From NCBI GenBank assembly GCA_012519025.1, contig JAAYQZ010000040.1, forward strand, positions 5,294-69,293: a stretch of DNA of 64,000 nt. Reading direction: 5' to 3'. The stretch is from Bacillota bacterium (GTDB taxonomy: Bacteria; Bacillota; Limnochordia; DTU087). A program made the position numbers and the translations under genes. The notes below the pieces were generated by a model. It did not search any database, was not told the origin of the DNA, and worked only from the letters and a program-made list of their open reading frames with translations. Of this stretch, positions 28,152 to 37,794 are shown in pieces; the first letter of the stretch is position 1, and each line of letters begins with the position of its first letter.

Positions 28152-31100
28152 GTGTTTATATTGTCCTTCGTTCACTTACATGTTCATTCGCCCTTTTCTT
28201 TTCTCGATGGAGCCAGCCCTTTAGAGGATTTGGTGCACCAAGCTGCTGAGTTTAATTTACCGGCTTTGGCGATCACAGATCACAACAATGTAAGTGCCGC
28301 TGTTCGATTTTATAATCTGGCTGTAGATGCCGGAATCAAACCTATTCAAGGAGCAGAACTTACTTTAGAAAACAGCCATCATTTAATAGTCCTTGCCCAA
28401 AATCCTCAAGGTTACGCCAATTTGTGCAGGCTTTTAACGGAAGCATATCAAAAAGGAGGCCGTTTGGACCCCCGAATATCTATTGATACCCTTGAAAAAT
28501 ACCGTGATCATCTGATCTTTTTATCCGGCTGCCGCCGAGGAGAAATCCCCTCTCTCGTTTTAAAAGGTGAATTTGTTCAAGCTAAACAGGTGGCACAATT
28601 TTACAGTGAACTTGCCGGACAGGGTAATTTTTATATGGAACTGATCTTCGACTTTTTACCTTACACCGCTGAGTTGAACAGCGCCTTAGCTGATCTGGCA
28701 CAAGAACTTGGGCTTCCCATTGTGGCCACCAACAACGTCCACTACAGCCGTAAAGAACATTTTCCTTTACATGATACCTTAACCTGTATCCGCACAGCGA
28801 CCAAAATCCACGATGTCCATGTGGAAAGACGATTAAATGCGGAAAACTATTTAAAATCTCCCCAAGAAATGGCGCGGCTGTTTGCTGATTACCCGTCCGC
28901 AGTCGAGGCTGCAAAGGAAATAGCCTCTCGCTGCCGGCCGGCTTTAGATTTAAAAAGACGCCTTTTCCCAGCGTTCCCCACCCCCAAAAACCAACCTCCA
29001 CAAGCCTATTTAAAAAAACTTACTTACCAAGGCGCAAAAGAGCGCTACGGCACTATTACTCCTCAAATTCGGCAAAGGTTAGAGCATGAGCTGGCCATCA
29101 TCACTGCTTTGCAGGTAGAAGACTATTTTTTGGTGATGTGGGATATTGCCTCCTTCGCCCGCAAACAAGGCATTCGATATGCGGGGCGGGGTTCAGCAGC
29201 AGATTCAGCTGTTGTTTACTGCTTAAAGATCACCGAGGTGGATGCTGTTGCCCGTGGTTTGCTGTTTGAGCGGTTCTTGAGTTTGGAAAGGGCTCAAAAA
29301 CCCGATATTGATATTGATTTTGATGCCCGCTACCGAGATTATGTAGCCCAATATGTCTACAATAAATATGGTGATGAGCATGTAGCCTCTGTCTGCACTT
29401 TTAACACTTTCCGGGCTCGTTCGGCTTTAAGAGATTTTGGCAAAGCCTTGGGATTTCCCGCAGAGGAAATTGATCAGCTGGCCAAAAGATTTCCCCACAT
29501 ACCTGCTGATGCCATCCAAAAAGCCATTGGTCGATTTCCTGAGCTTAAAAAAAGCACTTTGCCTTTTTGGCGATACCAACAGCTGTTTGAGTTGTGTCGG
29601 CAAGCCGCGGGATTTCCTCGCTTCATCGGCACCCATTTAGGGGGACTTGTCATCTGCAGCCAACCATTAGAAACAGTCACTCCTCTGCAACCTGCAGCCA
29701 AAGGAGTTTTAATCACGCAGTTTGATAAACACGATGTAGAGGCACTTGGGCTTATAAAACTTGACCTTTTGTCTTTGCGCACCCTTTCTGCTGTAGAGGA
29801 TACGGTTAAATCCATTAACGAAACAAAATCTGATGATGTTCCGTATGAGCACAACGAACATCCTGATGGCAGGTGCTCTGCATTTTCCTATGACAAAATC
29901 CCACTGGATGATGATTTAACATACAAGCGCTTAAATACAGGAAAGACTATCGGCGCCTTTCAGCTGGAAAGTCCCGCCCAAAGGGCTCTACAGGCCCGTT
30001 TAAATGCCTCAAACATTGAGGATATTGTGGCCAGTGTGGCCTTAATTCGGCCTGGTCCCATCCAGGGTGATATGGTGGAACCGTTTATTGCCCGCCGCCA
30101 CGGTCAAGAAGCCCCGACTTATATACATCCGGCACTTGAGCCTATTTTGGCAAAAACGTATGGAGTTGTTTTGTACCAGGAACAAGTGATCGAAATTGCC
30201 ACTGCTGTGGCGGGATTCACACCAGGGGAATCGGATCGGCTGCGGCGAGTGATGACAAGCTTTCGCTCTCAGGAGGAAATGGATGCCATTGGTCGGGAAT
30301 TTGTCTCTAAGGCCATTGCTAAAGGCGTAGAACCCGAGATAGCGAAAACTATTTTCTCCTACATTCTTGGTTACGCGGGCTATGGTTTTTGCGAAGCTCA
30401 TGCAGCTGCTTTTGGTGATACAGCCTATAAAACCAGCTACCTTTTAGAACATTATCCCGCCCATTTTTATGCTGCCATTTTAAACAATCAGCCGATGGGC
30501 TTTTATCCGCCCAATACTATTTGTCTTGAAGCCAGGCGGCGCAATATTCCCATACTGCCTTTGGATATAAATATCAGCGGTAGGGAGTTTGCTGTAGAAA
30601 AGATTGATTTAGATAAACCCCGCCAGAATCAGTTGGAGTGCCAAAGTCAGTTGGGGATCCGGGTGCCGTTATCTCAAACTGCCGGCATGGATCAAGCATC
30701 TTTAGAACAGATTCTCAATAATCGCCGGCGCTTTGGGCCTTATAAGTCGCTGGCAGATTTTTACCAACGCACTCAATCAGCTGTAGATATTGTCACCAAC
30801 TTGATTCTCGGTGGGGCTTTTGAACGTTTGCACAGCAATCGGCGCCAGCTGCTTTGGGATCTAAAAAAGATCCGCACCATGTACAACCATCAAAACCAGA
30901 CCAGCCTTTTTTCTTTTGATTCCCAACTGCTTTTAGATGGAGAAGAAAAACAATACCAGGTAACGGATTTCTCTGATAAAGAAAAATTCCTACAGGAGTA
31001 TGCTTCTCTTGGGATCGGCATAGACACCCATTTGATGGCTTTTTTTCGCAAGAAGCTGACTTCACGCCGTGTATTAAGCAGTCTGGACTTGGAAGGGACG

Positions 31101-31367
31101 CCTGCCGGGCACACTGTAAGTGCCGCGGGTATTGTCATCAGACCCCACCGCCCTCCCACCAAAAGCGGGCGCACTGTGGTGTTTTTAACTTTGGAGGATG
31201 AATTCGGCATGATCGATGTGACTATCTTTGAAAACATATATAAGCGTTACGGGCACATTATCTTCACTGAACCGGCACTGCTTGTCAGGGGGAAATTGGA
31301 ACAAAGGGGCAATGCCAAGAGCATCACTGCTCGAAAAATCGAGGCACTGCCCCTAACGAGGCTTTAA
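28152..31367 (+). CDS. dnaE: DNA polymerase III alpha subunit of the DnaE family (PHP, palm, fingers and OB fold, with no C-terminal tau-binding domain). It is a candidate error-prone DnaE2/ImuC. The start may be the TTG at 28161.
   Basis: Begins with the PHP motif HLHVHS, contains a polymerase core and ends after the OB-fold domain. It lies near the imuB-like gene. Confidence 0.8.
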   Translation: MFILSFVHLHVHSPFSFLDGASPLEDLVHQAAEFNLPALAITDHNNVSAAVRFYNLAVDAGIKPIQGAELTLENSHHLIVLAQNPQGYANLCRLLTEAYQKGGRLDPRISIDTLEKYRDHLIFLSGCRRGEIPSLVLKGEFVQAKQVAQFYSELAGQGNFYMELIFDFLPYTAELNSALADLAQELGLPIVATNNVHYSRKEHFPLHDTLTCIRTATKIHDVHVERRLNAENYLKSPQEMARLFADYPSAVEAAKEIASRCRPALDLKRRLFPAFPTPKNQPPQAYLKKLTYQGAKERYGTITPQIRQRLEHELAIITALQVEDYFLVMWDIASFARKQGIRYAGRGSAADSAVVYCLKITEVDAVARGLLFERFLSLERAQKPDIDIDFDARYRDYVAQYVYNKYGDEHVASVCTFNTFRARSALRDFGKALGFPAEEIDQLAKRFPHIPADAIQKAIGRFPELKKSTLPFWRYQQLFELCRQAAGFPRFIGTHLGGLVICSQPLETVTPLQPAAKGVLITQFDKHDVEALGLIKLDLLSLRTLSAVEDTVKSINETKSDDVPYEHNEHPDGRCSAFSYDKIPLDDDLTYKRLNTGKTIGAFQLESPAQRALQARLNASNIEDIVASVALIRPGPIQGDMVEPFIARRHGQEAPTYIHPALEPILAKTYGVVLYQEQVIEIATAVAGFTPGESDRLRRVMTSFRSQEEMDAIGREFVSKAIAKGVEPEIAKTIFSYILGYAGYGFCEAHAAAFGDTAYKTSYLLEHYPAHFYAAILNNQPMGFYPPNTICLEARRRNIPILPLDINISGREFAVEKIDLDKPRQNQLECQSQLGIRVPLSQTAGMDQASLEQILNNRRRFGPYKSLADFYQRTQSAVDIVTNLILGGAFERLHSNRRQLLWDLKKIRTMYNHQNQTSLFSFDSQLLLDGEEKQYQVTDFSDKEKFLQEYASLGIGIDTHLMAFFRKKLTSRRVLSSLDLEGTPAGHTVSAAGIVIRPHRPPTKSGRTVVFLTLEDEFGMIDVTIFENIYKRYGHIIFTEPALLVRGKLEQRGNAKSITARKIEALPLTRL

Positions 31368-31386
31368 CAGCTGTGTATTTTGCGGT

Positions 31387-32427
31387 TTATCGGTAAACAC
31401 CGTAAGTTTCCGCCGTTTCCACTATGATTTCTGCACTGCGTAAGCTTGCATTGGCGGGATACTCACAGCCTGTTGCCAAAATAAAGCCTCCGCCTTTTTT
31501 ATACCAATCCAACTGCTTTTGGCATTCTGCCCTTACTTCCGCTTCAGAGGCGCCAGCAACCCAAGTTGGATCAATATGTCCAATTAATGTGGTTGTGCGT
31601 CCGTATTTTTCTTTGAGCTGGCTAGGACTTACCACATCATCCGGTAGATGCAAAAACGAAATCGCTTCCGGCTGCATAGTCTCTATTTGGGCGTCAAAAT
31701 AGTTGCCATTGCCGCAGTTGTGGACCATAACCATACAGTTTCGCCCATGGATATGGTTGGCCAGTTTTTTAACGTAAGCACCCTCAAATTCCAGCCACAT
31801 GGACTTACCCATAATCGACTTTGAGGCAAACAGCGTGTCGAGCATGACAGCGTGAACCCCCGTATCTATCAAAGCATCGATATATTCCAAAAGAGTTTCC
31901 GTGATGGCGGCTGCAGCGTATTTAACTGGCTTTGGTTCCAGCATCAAATCCATAAACAAAGCCGCCTGACCCCTCAGCATACTTAAAATGCCCAAAGGAC
32001 CAAACACGAAGGCTATAATCGGCAGAGTGTCGCCCTTCGCTTGAACGAGCCTTTGACACAGCTTAATATGTTCACCCATGCGTGTGCCTTGACGGGGATC
32101 GATGGGTCTAAGTCCTAGGTAATCGTCGGCAGTTTCCATTAGAGGCTTATCAAAGTTTGGATGGGCAGCCTCATTTTCCGGATAAACCAGCTCTGCGCCA
32201 AAATCTGCTGCTTCCACGGAAAGATCAATTAAAGTACAGATTGCATCTAGACGATATTGGTCTGCCGCCCTTATATACGCTTCAGCGGCAACATCTGCAT
32301 TTGTGGCCCATTCATGATATGTTGCATTGACCAACTTTCGGGTAACTCCGGCCACCAACGGATATACAGGCACTCGATCCGGTTCTTCAAACTGCAGTGT
32401 CCGCATGACGCGTTCTAACGAATTCAA
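31387..32427 (-). CDS. Uroporphyrinogen-decarboxylase (URO-D) family protein (MtaA/CmuA-like methyltransferase family)
   Basis: URO-D family fold motifs are present. No neighbouring genes indicate a pathway. Confidence 0.55.
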   Translation of the reverse strand: MNSLERVMRTLQFEEPDRVPVYPLVAGVTRKLVNATYHEWATNADVAAEAYIRAADQYRLDAICTLIDLSVEAADFGAELVYPENEAAHPNFDKPLMETADDYLGLRPIDPRQGTRMGEHIKLCQRLVQAKGDTLPIIAFVFGPLGILSMLRGQAALFMDLMLEPKPVKYAAAAITETLLEYIDALIDTGVHAVMLDTLFASKSIMGKSMWLEFEGAYVKKLANHIHGRNCMVMVHNCGNGNYFDAQIETMQPEAISFLHLPDDVVSPSQLKEKYGRTTTLIGHIDPTWVAGASEAEVRAECQKQLDWYKKGGGFILATGCEYPANASLRSAEIIVETAETYGVYR

Positions 32428-32630
32428 CCTGCCACCTCCTGCTTAATTGACAACCTGAATCAGTACTTATCTCATTAACTATAGATATATTTCTGTTACC
32501 GGCCAATTTTCCCTGCTGATGGAATTTGCGGAAATAAAAGTTTGCAAAAGACGCGCATATTATGTTTTAGATGGGAGGAATTGGGGTACGGATGTTAATG
32601 GTAACTAATATTAATTGCAGGAGGTACAAC

Positions 32631-33287
32631 ATGAGTAACCGTATGCCTTTGATTGGAGATCGTTTTCCTGAACTGCGTGTCGAAACTACCCATGGTGCCA
32701 TGAATTTGCCAGAGGACTATGCAGGCAAATGGTTTGTGCTTTTCAGCCACCCCGGCGATTTCACGCCGGTATGTACAACGGAGTTCATCGCTTTTGAGCG
32801 TCTGCGCCAAGAATTTGCTGATCTCAACTGCGACCTATTGGGATTATCGGTTGACCAGGTATTTTCCCATATCAAATGGGTAGAGTGGATTCGAGACAAC
32901 CGCGATGTGGATGTGCAGTTCCCCATTATTGCCGATGAATTGGGCGTTGTCTCCAACGCTTTGGGTATGCTGCATCCAGGTAAAGGAACTAATACCGTCC
33001 GTTCGGTATTCATCATTGACGACAAAGGAGTTATCCGCATTATACTCCACTACCCACAAGAGATTGGGCGCAACATGGATGAGATCCTGCGGGCACTAAA
33101 GGCTTTGCAGACCCATGAAGAACACAAAGTGGCTTTACCGGCCAACTGGCCCAATAACGAGGATCTGGGAGATAAGGTTATAATCCCACCGCCAACTAAT
33201 GTTAAAGACATTAAAACCCGCTTGGAAGGCGCTGAAGCCGGCAAATATAAATGCTGGGATTGGTGGTTCTGCTATAGGGATCTATAG
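32631..33287 (+). CDS. 1-Cys peroxiredoxin (Prx6-like, AhpC/TSA family)
   Basis: The peroxidatic motif FTPVCTTE. An AGGAGG RBS sits before the ATG at 32631. Confidence 0.8.
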   Translation: MSNRMPLIGDRFPELRVETTHGAMNLPEDYAGKWFVLFSHPGDFTPVCTTEFIAFERLRQEFADLNCDLLGLSVDQVFSHIKWVEWIRDNRDVDVQFPIIADELGVVSNALGMLHPGKGTNTVRSVFIIDDKGVIRIILHYPQEIGRNMDEILRALKALQTHEEHKVALPANWPNNEDLGDKVIIPPPTNVKDIKTRLEGAEAGKYKCWDWWFCYRDL

Positions 33288-33366
33288 ATTTTAAATATTT
33301 CCACTTTCGAACAGGCGGATGTAAACAACTCGGCAGTTGTCTTAATCATACAGGCAGCTGCCGTTC

Positions 33367-34302
33367 TCATTCCGGTAATTTCACCAACCAATGCAGCCAA
33401 TGGAGCATGGGCTTGGCAAGCCGTGCCGGTTCTTTACCCTGTTTGATAACCTCATCAAGCATTTTTTCTGCAGCTTTTATGCGGGCATTCAGCATTGCTT
33501 CGCCTGCGGCTGTTTTACCCTTTTTGGGATCCCCCATATAAGCCAGCATATCCTCATCGCTGATCCAAGCGAGCGTATTGGCCAAATGTTTTAGATCCTT
33601 GCCCCAACTGGTCTGATCAAAAGCCGCACCAACACGATAGAGTAATTTGGCAAAGCCTTTAGGCCGAGGCGGCAGTGAAGCCGCGATCACAGCAGTGTCT
33701 TTAACTAAATCAGGCCGAACAGCCAGAAGTAAAGCAGTCTCATTGGTGCCGGCATGGGCATCAGCATCATCTCCGCACTCTCCCGGGCCAAGGCCGGTTA
33801 AAGCCAGGAACTCTTCATCATGGTGCACCATAAGGCGAAATACTAGGTTAAAAGGAGCTATGATGGCAAAACGCCACCGTTTCCATGCCCGTGTACTGGC
33901 TCGATACAGTGCCATTTGGTCGCGGGGCCCACCGTGGTTGTCTGCCACAAGTAAATACTTAAACCCCTGCTTTGCCAGGCCTTGGGCGTAGTCTAAAAGC
34001 ACAGCCTCCAGGGCCGTTGCCCGCACTGAAAGACTGCCGGTTACAGGTAATGCGTCACTGCCGCAGTAAAGATCCGGCAGTGTTAGACAAGTAAACCCGG
34101 GGTAGTGGCCGTTAATGATTTTCATATAACGCCGCTGCAGTTCCTGAGCTATGAATATATCTGTCCCTACCGGCAAATGGGGCCCATGGGCTTCAATGGG
34201 GCTGACGGTGATCAAGCAAATAGTTTTGTCTTTGTCCAATGCTTCCAGCTCCGGTAAAGTTAAATGCACATATTCCTTTCCTGCTGTCGTTGACTTAGAC
34301 AT
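33367..34302 (-). CDS. Creatininase-family amidohydrolase
   Basis: Creatinine amidohydrolase family metal-binding motifs (EAHGPHLP, D, H, E). A GGAGGTG RBS precedes MSKSTT. Confidence 0.65.
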   Translation of the reverse strand: MSKSTTAGKEYVHLTLPELEALDKDKTICLITVSPIEAHGPHLPVGTDIFIAQELQRRYMKIINGHYPGFTCLTLPDLYCGSDALPVTGSLSVRATALEAVLLDYAQGLAKQGFKYLLVADNHGGPRDQMALYRASTRAWKRWRFAIIAPFNLVFRLMVHHDEEFLALTGLGPGECGDDADAHAGTNETALLLAVRPDLVKDTAVIAASLPPRPKGFAKLLYRVGAAFDQTSWGKDLKHLANTLAWISDEDMLAYMGDPKKGKTAAGEAMLNARIKAAEKMLDEVIKQGKEPARLAKPMLHWLHWLVKLPE

Positions 34303-34492
34303 CTGTTCACCTCCGATATTGTCAGTCAAATGCCTATCTATTTCCTAATCCTATATTCTCCCATCCTGTTTTTGTACCTTCCCTGCCGCAGTCCGGCACC
34401 GGTGTGCCAATGGTGTGCCTTATCTATATATCCCGGTTAAAACGCCAATACTAAGGAGAGTCAATTTAAGGTGCAAAACACGTGCCGGAGTG

Positions 34493-36736
34493 ATGTCTGT
34501 GGTTTTTGGCCGATTAACAGGTAAATATCGCAAATGGCTTGTGGCATTGGCTGTTGTTTTCTTAGCTTTGCCGTTGGCTTTGTACGTGCGGGGCTGGTTT
34601 TTGCTGCGTGAGTTTGAAAACACCGGTCCTATGCATACCTCGAAACTTATCGCCGATAATGGTGAGATATTTGCAACATTGGGCAAAGGCCCTGCCCATT
34701 ATATCCACTTCGAAGATATACCCAAAAACATGAAAAACGCCATCGTTGCCATTGAGGACAGGTGGTTTTACAAACACCCCGGATTCAATCCTATCGCAAT
34801 ACTCAGAGCCATTTACGTCGATTTCCGGGCCAGAAGAAAGGTGTTGGGAGCAAGCACCATCACACAACAGCTGGCGAAAAATCTTTTTCTCACCCATAAA
34901 AAGACTTTTACTCGCAAGGCAGAAGAGTTGATTTTGGCTCTGGTGTTGGAGCAGCGCTACACTAAGAATGAGATATTGGAACTGTACCTGAATCGCATTT
35001 ATTTCGGCAAGGGAAGCTACGGTATCGAGGCGGCAGCCCGAACCTACTTAGGTAAACATGCCGGGGATCTCAGCTTGCCAGAATCTGCTTTACTTGCGGC
35101 TATTCCCCGCTCTCCTGCCAATTACGACCCTTATGTAAACCCCAAGCTTGCTTTGGAAAGACGGAACCTTGTGCTGGAAAGGATGCAGGTTTTAGGGATG
35201 ATCACAAAAGAGGAGCTGAGCGCTGCAGCTGAAACTCCCCTAGAGCTTGACCGTTTGGAGCTGGGCTTTGCCCCATACTTTGTCGATTACGTGAGAAAAC
35301 TTTTAGAGGACAAATATGGTACTTCCTTAGTCAACAAAGGAGGACTGAGGGTACATACAACTTTGAACATGGACTACCAGACCGCGGCCCAAAAAGCTTT
35401 CAGCAGCCAAGATCTCCAAGGTGCTTTAGTGGCCATTGACCCTGACAGTGGTGGTATCAAAGCTATGGTGGGTGGCCGTGATTACGCTGCTTCCCAATAC
35501 AACCGTGCAACAAGGGCCTTTCGTCAGCCGGGTTCCGCGTTTAAGCCTTTCATCTATGCCGCGGCTTTAGAAGCGGGGTGGCAGCAAAATACCCTTGTGG
35601 AGGACACTCCCAAGGAATATGCCGGGTACGCGCCTACTAACTGGCAATCCCAATATTGGGGCCCGGTGATTATGAAACATGCAATGGCGGTTTCTTTAAA
35701 CAACGCGGCAGTTTGGACCCTGAATTCTGTTGGTGTGGACAAAACCCTGAAACTGGCTAAAGACATGGGCATCTCTTCTCTTGTTCCGGAAGATCGAAAT
35801 CTTTCATTGGCCTTGGGAGGTCTTACAAAAGGGGTATCGCCTTTGGAATTGGCCGGAGCTTTCGTGCCCTTTGCCAATGGAGGCCTTCGCTACGAAACCA
35901 AAGCAATTGAGCGGGTGTTGGATGCCGATGGCAGGGTTTTGGAAAGCAATCCATCTCAAGGGGTGCGGGTAATCACATCCAGTACAGCGTATTTGATTAC
36001 TGATATGCTGAAAGCGGTTTTAGAATATGGGACAGGTAGAAACCTGCCGATCAACCGCCCGGCAGCAGGAAAAACCGGCACTACTGATGAGAAAGTCAGT
36101 GTCTGGTTCGCAGGGTATACCCCTAGTTTGGCGGCAGTCGTATATATTGGCAACGATCAGGGCGAACCTCTGCCCGGGTTTGGCAGTTCATTGGCCGGCC
36201 CGGTTTGGGCCGAGTTTTTAGAAACTGCCCTTGCTGAAGAACCGCCTTGGGATTTCGATGTGCCCCGACAGATTATTACAGGTGTACCAATTCATATTTT
36301 CTCAGGATTGTTGGCTGGGCCGGAGTGTGATTGGGTTGTCGATTGTGCGTTTATACAGGGAGCAGAGCCCAGGGAATATGCTCCCTGCGGTCCCGGACAA
36401 AGCCAAGCAGATGGCGCACCGGCGGAACACAAGCCCCTGCCTATACCCACACCCACCAGGCCAAATTCGGAAAGTGCGGGTGATGTGACACCTAGTACCC
36501 CAAGAAACGAAGCACCTGGTAGTGGTGCCGATTCTGCACCAAATCCCCATGTGGGGGAAAGGCCAAAGGACAGACCCAGCCTAAGACCAAGGCCCGATAC
36601 AGTGCCTAATACCGAGCCCGGTACCGGGCAGCCGGATGTAGAACTTGATACCGAGCGAACAGAAAAACCGGCCCCAGGAGCAAACGACATTGAGCATGAA
36701 CCTGGGCCCGGCGGCCCCCCCCGACGGGGGAGTTAG
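34493..36736 (+). CDS. Class A penicillin-binding protein (PBP1A; GT51 glycosyltransferase plus transpeptidase) with a disordered Pro/Glu-rich C-terminal tail of about 130 aa
   Basis: GT51 motifs EDxxFxxHxG and RxxxxL. Transpeptidase motifs SAFK, SLN and KTGT. The start is placed at the ATG with a GGAG RBS. Confidence 0.85.
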   Translation: MSVVFGRLTGKYRKWLVALAVVFLALPLALYVRGWFLLREFENTGPMHTSKLIADNGEIFATLGKGPAHYIHFEDIPKNMKNAIVAIEDRWFYKHPGFNPIAILRAIYVDFRARRKVLGASTITQQLAKNLFLTHKKTFTRKAEELILALVLEQRYTKNEILELYLNRIYFGKGSYGIEAAARTYLGKHAGDLSLPESALLAAIPRSPANYDPYVNPKLALERRNLVLERMQVLGMITKEELSAAAETPLELDRLELGFAPYFVDYVRKLLEDKYGTSLVNKGGLRVHTTLNMDYQTAAQKAFSSQDLQGALVAIDPDSGGIKAMVGGRDYAASQYNRATRAFRQPGSAFKPFIYAAALEAGWQQNTLVEDTPKEYAGYAPTNWQSQYWGPVIMKHAMAVSLNNAAVWTLNSVGVDKTLKLAKDMGISSLVPEDRNLSLALGGLTKGVSPLELAGAFVPFANGGLRYETKAIERVLDADGRVLESNPSQGVRVITSSTAYLITDMLKAVLEYGTGRNLPINRPAAGKTGTTDEKVSVWFAGYTPSLAAVVYIGNDQGEPLPGFGSSLAGPVWAEFLETALAEEPPWDFDVPRQIITGVPIHIFSGLLAGPECDWVVDCAFIQGAEPREYAPCGPGQSQADGAPAEHKPLPIPTPTRPNSESAGDVTPSTPRNEAPGSGADSAPNPHVGERPKDRPSLRPRPDTVPNTEPGTGQPDVELDTERTEKPAPGANDIEHEPGPGGPPRRGS

Positions 36737-37794
36737 ATGTTGACTGATATCAGCCAGTCGGCAATATCTTGAATTATGTGTTGTGCATTTTCTGTATCCA
36801 GATCCGGCAGATTGTTTAACCCATCCAAGGCTGCCTGCAAGGCATTCTTTTCCAGGGCCCTGCCTTCCATGGCCGGCCCGAGGGCCAATATTAGGTGGGG
36901 TTCCATGGCATCGGAAAAAATTGTCGCCTGTTCAATTTTCCCTCCGGCTAATTTGAGTCCCAGCTCTATCCCACCCCAAGGGAACCTGTGCTCAAGGGAA
37001 AGATCAAAAGCCGGTGTCTGACCAAACCTCCACTCCCAGGAAGCATACTTTTCGTAAAGCCCTTTTAAAACCGGATATTCCTGTTCTAAATTGTCATGAA
37101 AAGCAACTTCATCCCCTAGGGGGGTGTAGAGTTCTTTGAAACTGGCCACAAGTGCCTGCTTCATGGATTCCACATCAACACCGGGGTTCAATTCAGACAA
37201 GTTTACCACTCGGGATTGAACAGAACTGATCCCTTTGGTCGCCATTTTCTCTTTGGATACTTGAAGATAGCGACCCATTTTATCAAAGTCCGCGGCTATA
37301 AGAATTGTACCGTGGTGATAGGCCCGATCACCGTGCTTGTAAAAGGCATTGCCGGAAAATTTGCGGCCTTGGGCCAAAATATCATTGCGCCCTGAAAACT
37401 CGGCCGGAATACCGAGACTTGCAGCGGCGTTTAGGATTACCTGAAGCTGTTTGTCCAAGTTGTACGCCTTGCGACTTGTGATAAAGGTGAAGTTGAGGTT
37501 GCCAAGATCGTGATAGACCGCGCCACCTCCGGAAAGGCGCCGGGCCAGTTTACCGCCTTCCTCGGCAAGCAGTTCATGGCGGCATTCCTTCCACGCGTTT
37601 TGGTTGCGACCGATGACTACTGTGTTCTGATTCTGCCACAGGTATAAGATGGTGCCTTTTTGTTTGGTCCCCACAAGCAGCATCTCTTCCCACGCCAAGT
37701 TATACCATGGATCGACTGAATTTGAGAGCACAACGGCGGCATCCGCCCACCTGCCTAGAGACGCTTGATGAAGTCTTGTGTCACTAGTCTGCAA
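36733..37794 (-). CDS. lplA: Lipoate--protein ligase (LplA/LplJ family)
   Basis: The N-terminal BPL/LPL catalytic domain (DPWYNLAxEE, GRNQN, RRxSGGGAVYHD) and a C-terminal LplA domain. Confidence 0.8.
   Translation of the reverse strand: MQTSDTRLHQASLGRWADAAVVLSNSVDPWYNLAWEEMLLVGTKQKGTILYLWQNQNTVVIGRNQNAWKECRHELLAEEGGKLARRLSGGGAVYHDLGNLNFTFITSRKAYNLDKQLQVILNAAASLGIPAEFSGRNDILAQGRKFSGNAFYKHGDRAYHHGTILIAADFDKMGRYLQVSKEKMATKGISSVQSRVVNLSELNPGVDVESMKQALVASFKELYTPLGDEVAFHDNLEQEYPVLKGLYEKYASWEWRFGQTPAFDLSLEHRFPWGGIELGLKLAGGKIEQATIFSDAMEPHLILALGPAMEGRALEKNALQAALDGLNNLPDLDTENAQHIIQDIADWLISVNI

Noticed and set aside
34562-36690. Multiple minus-strand ORFs inside the PBP1A gene, including a Gly/Ser/Leu-rich 132-aa ORF at 36292-36690
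   Set aside because: They are antisense to the Pro-rich tail of PBP1A and their composition is an artefact of reverse-translating a Pro/Glu-rich region.
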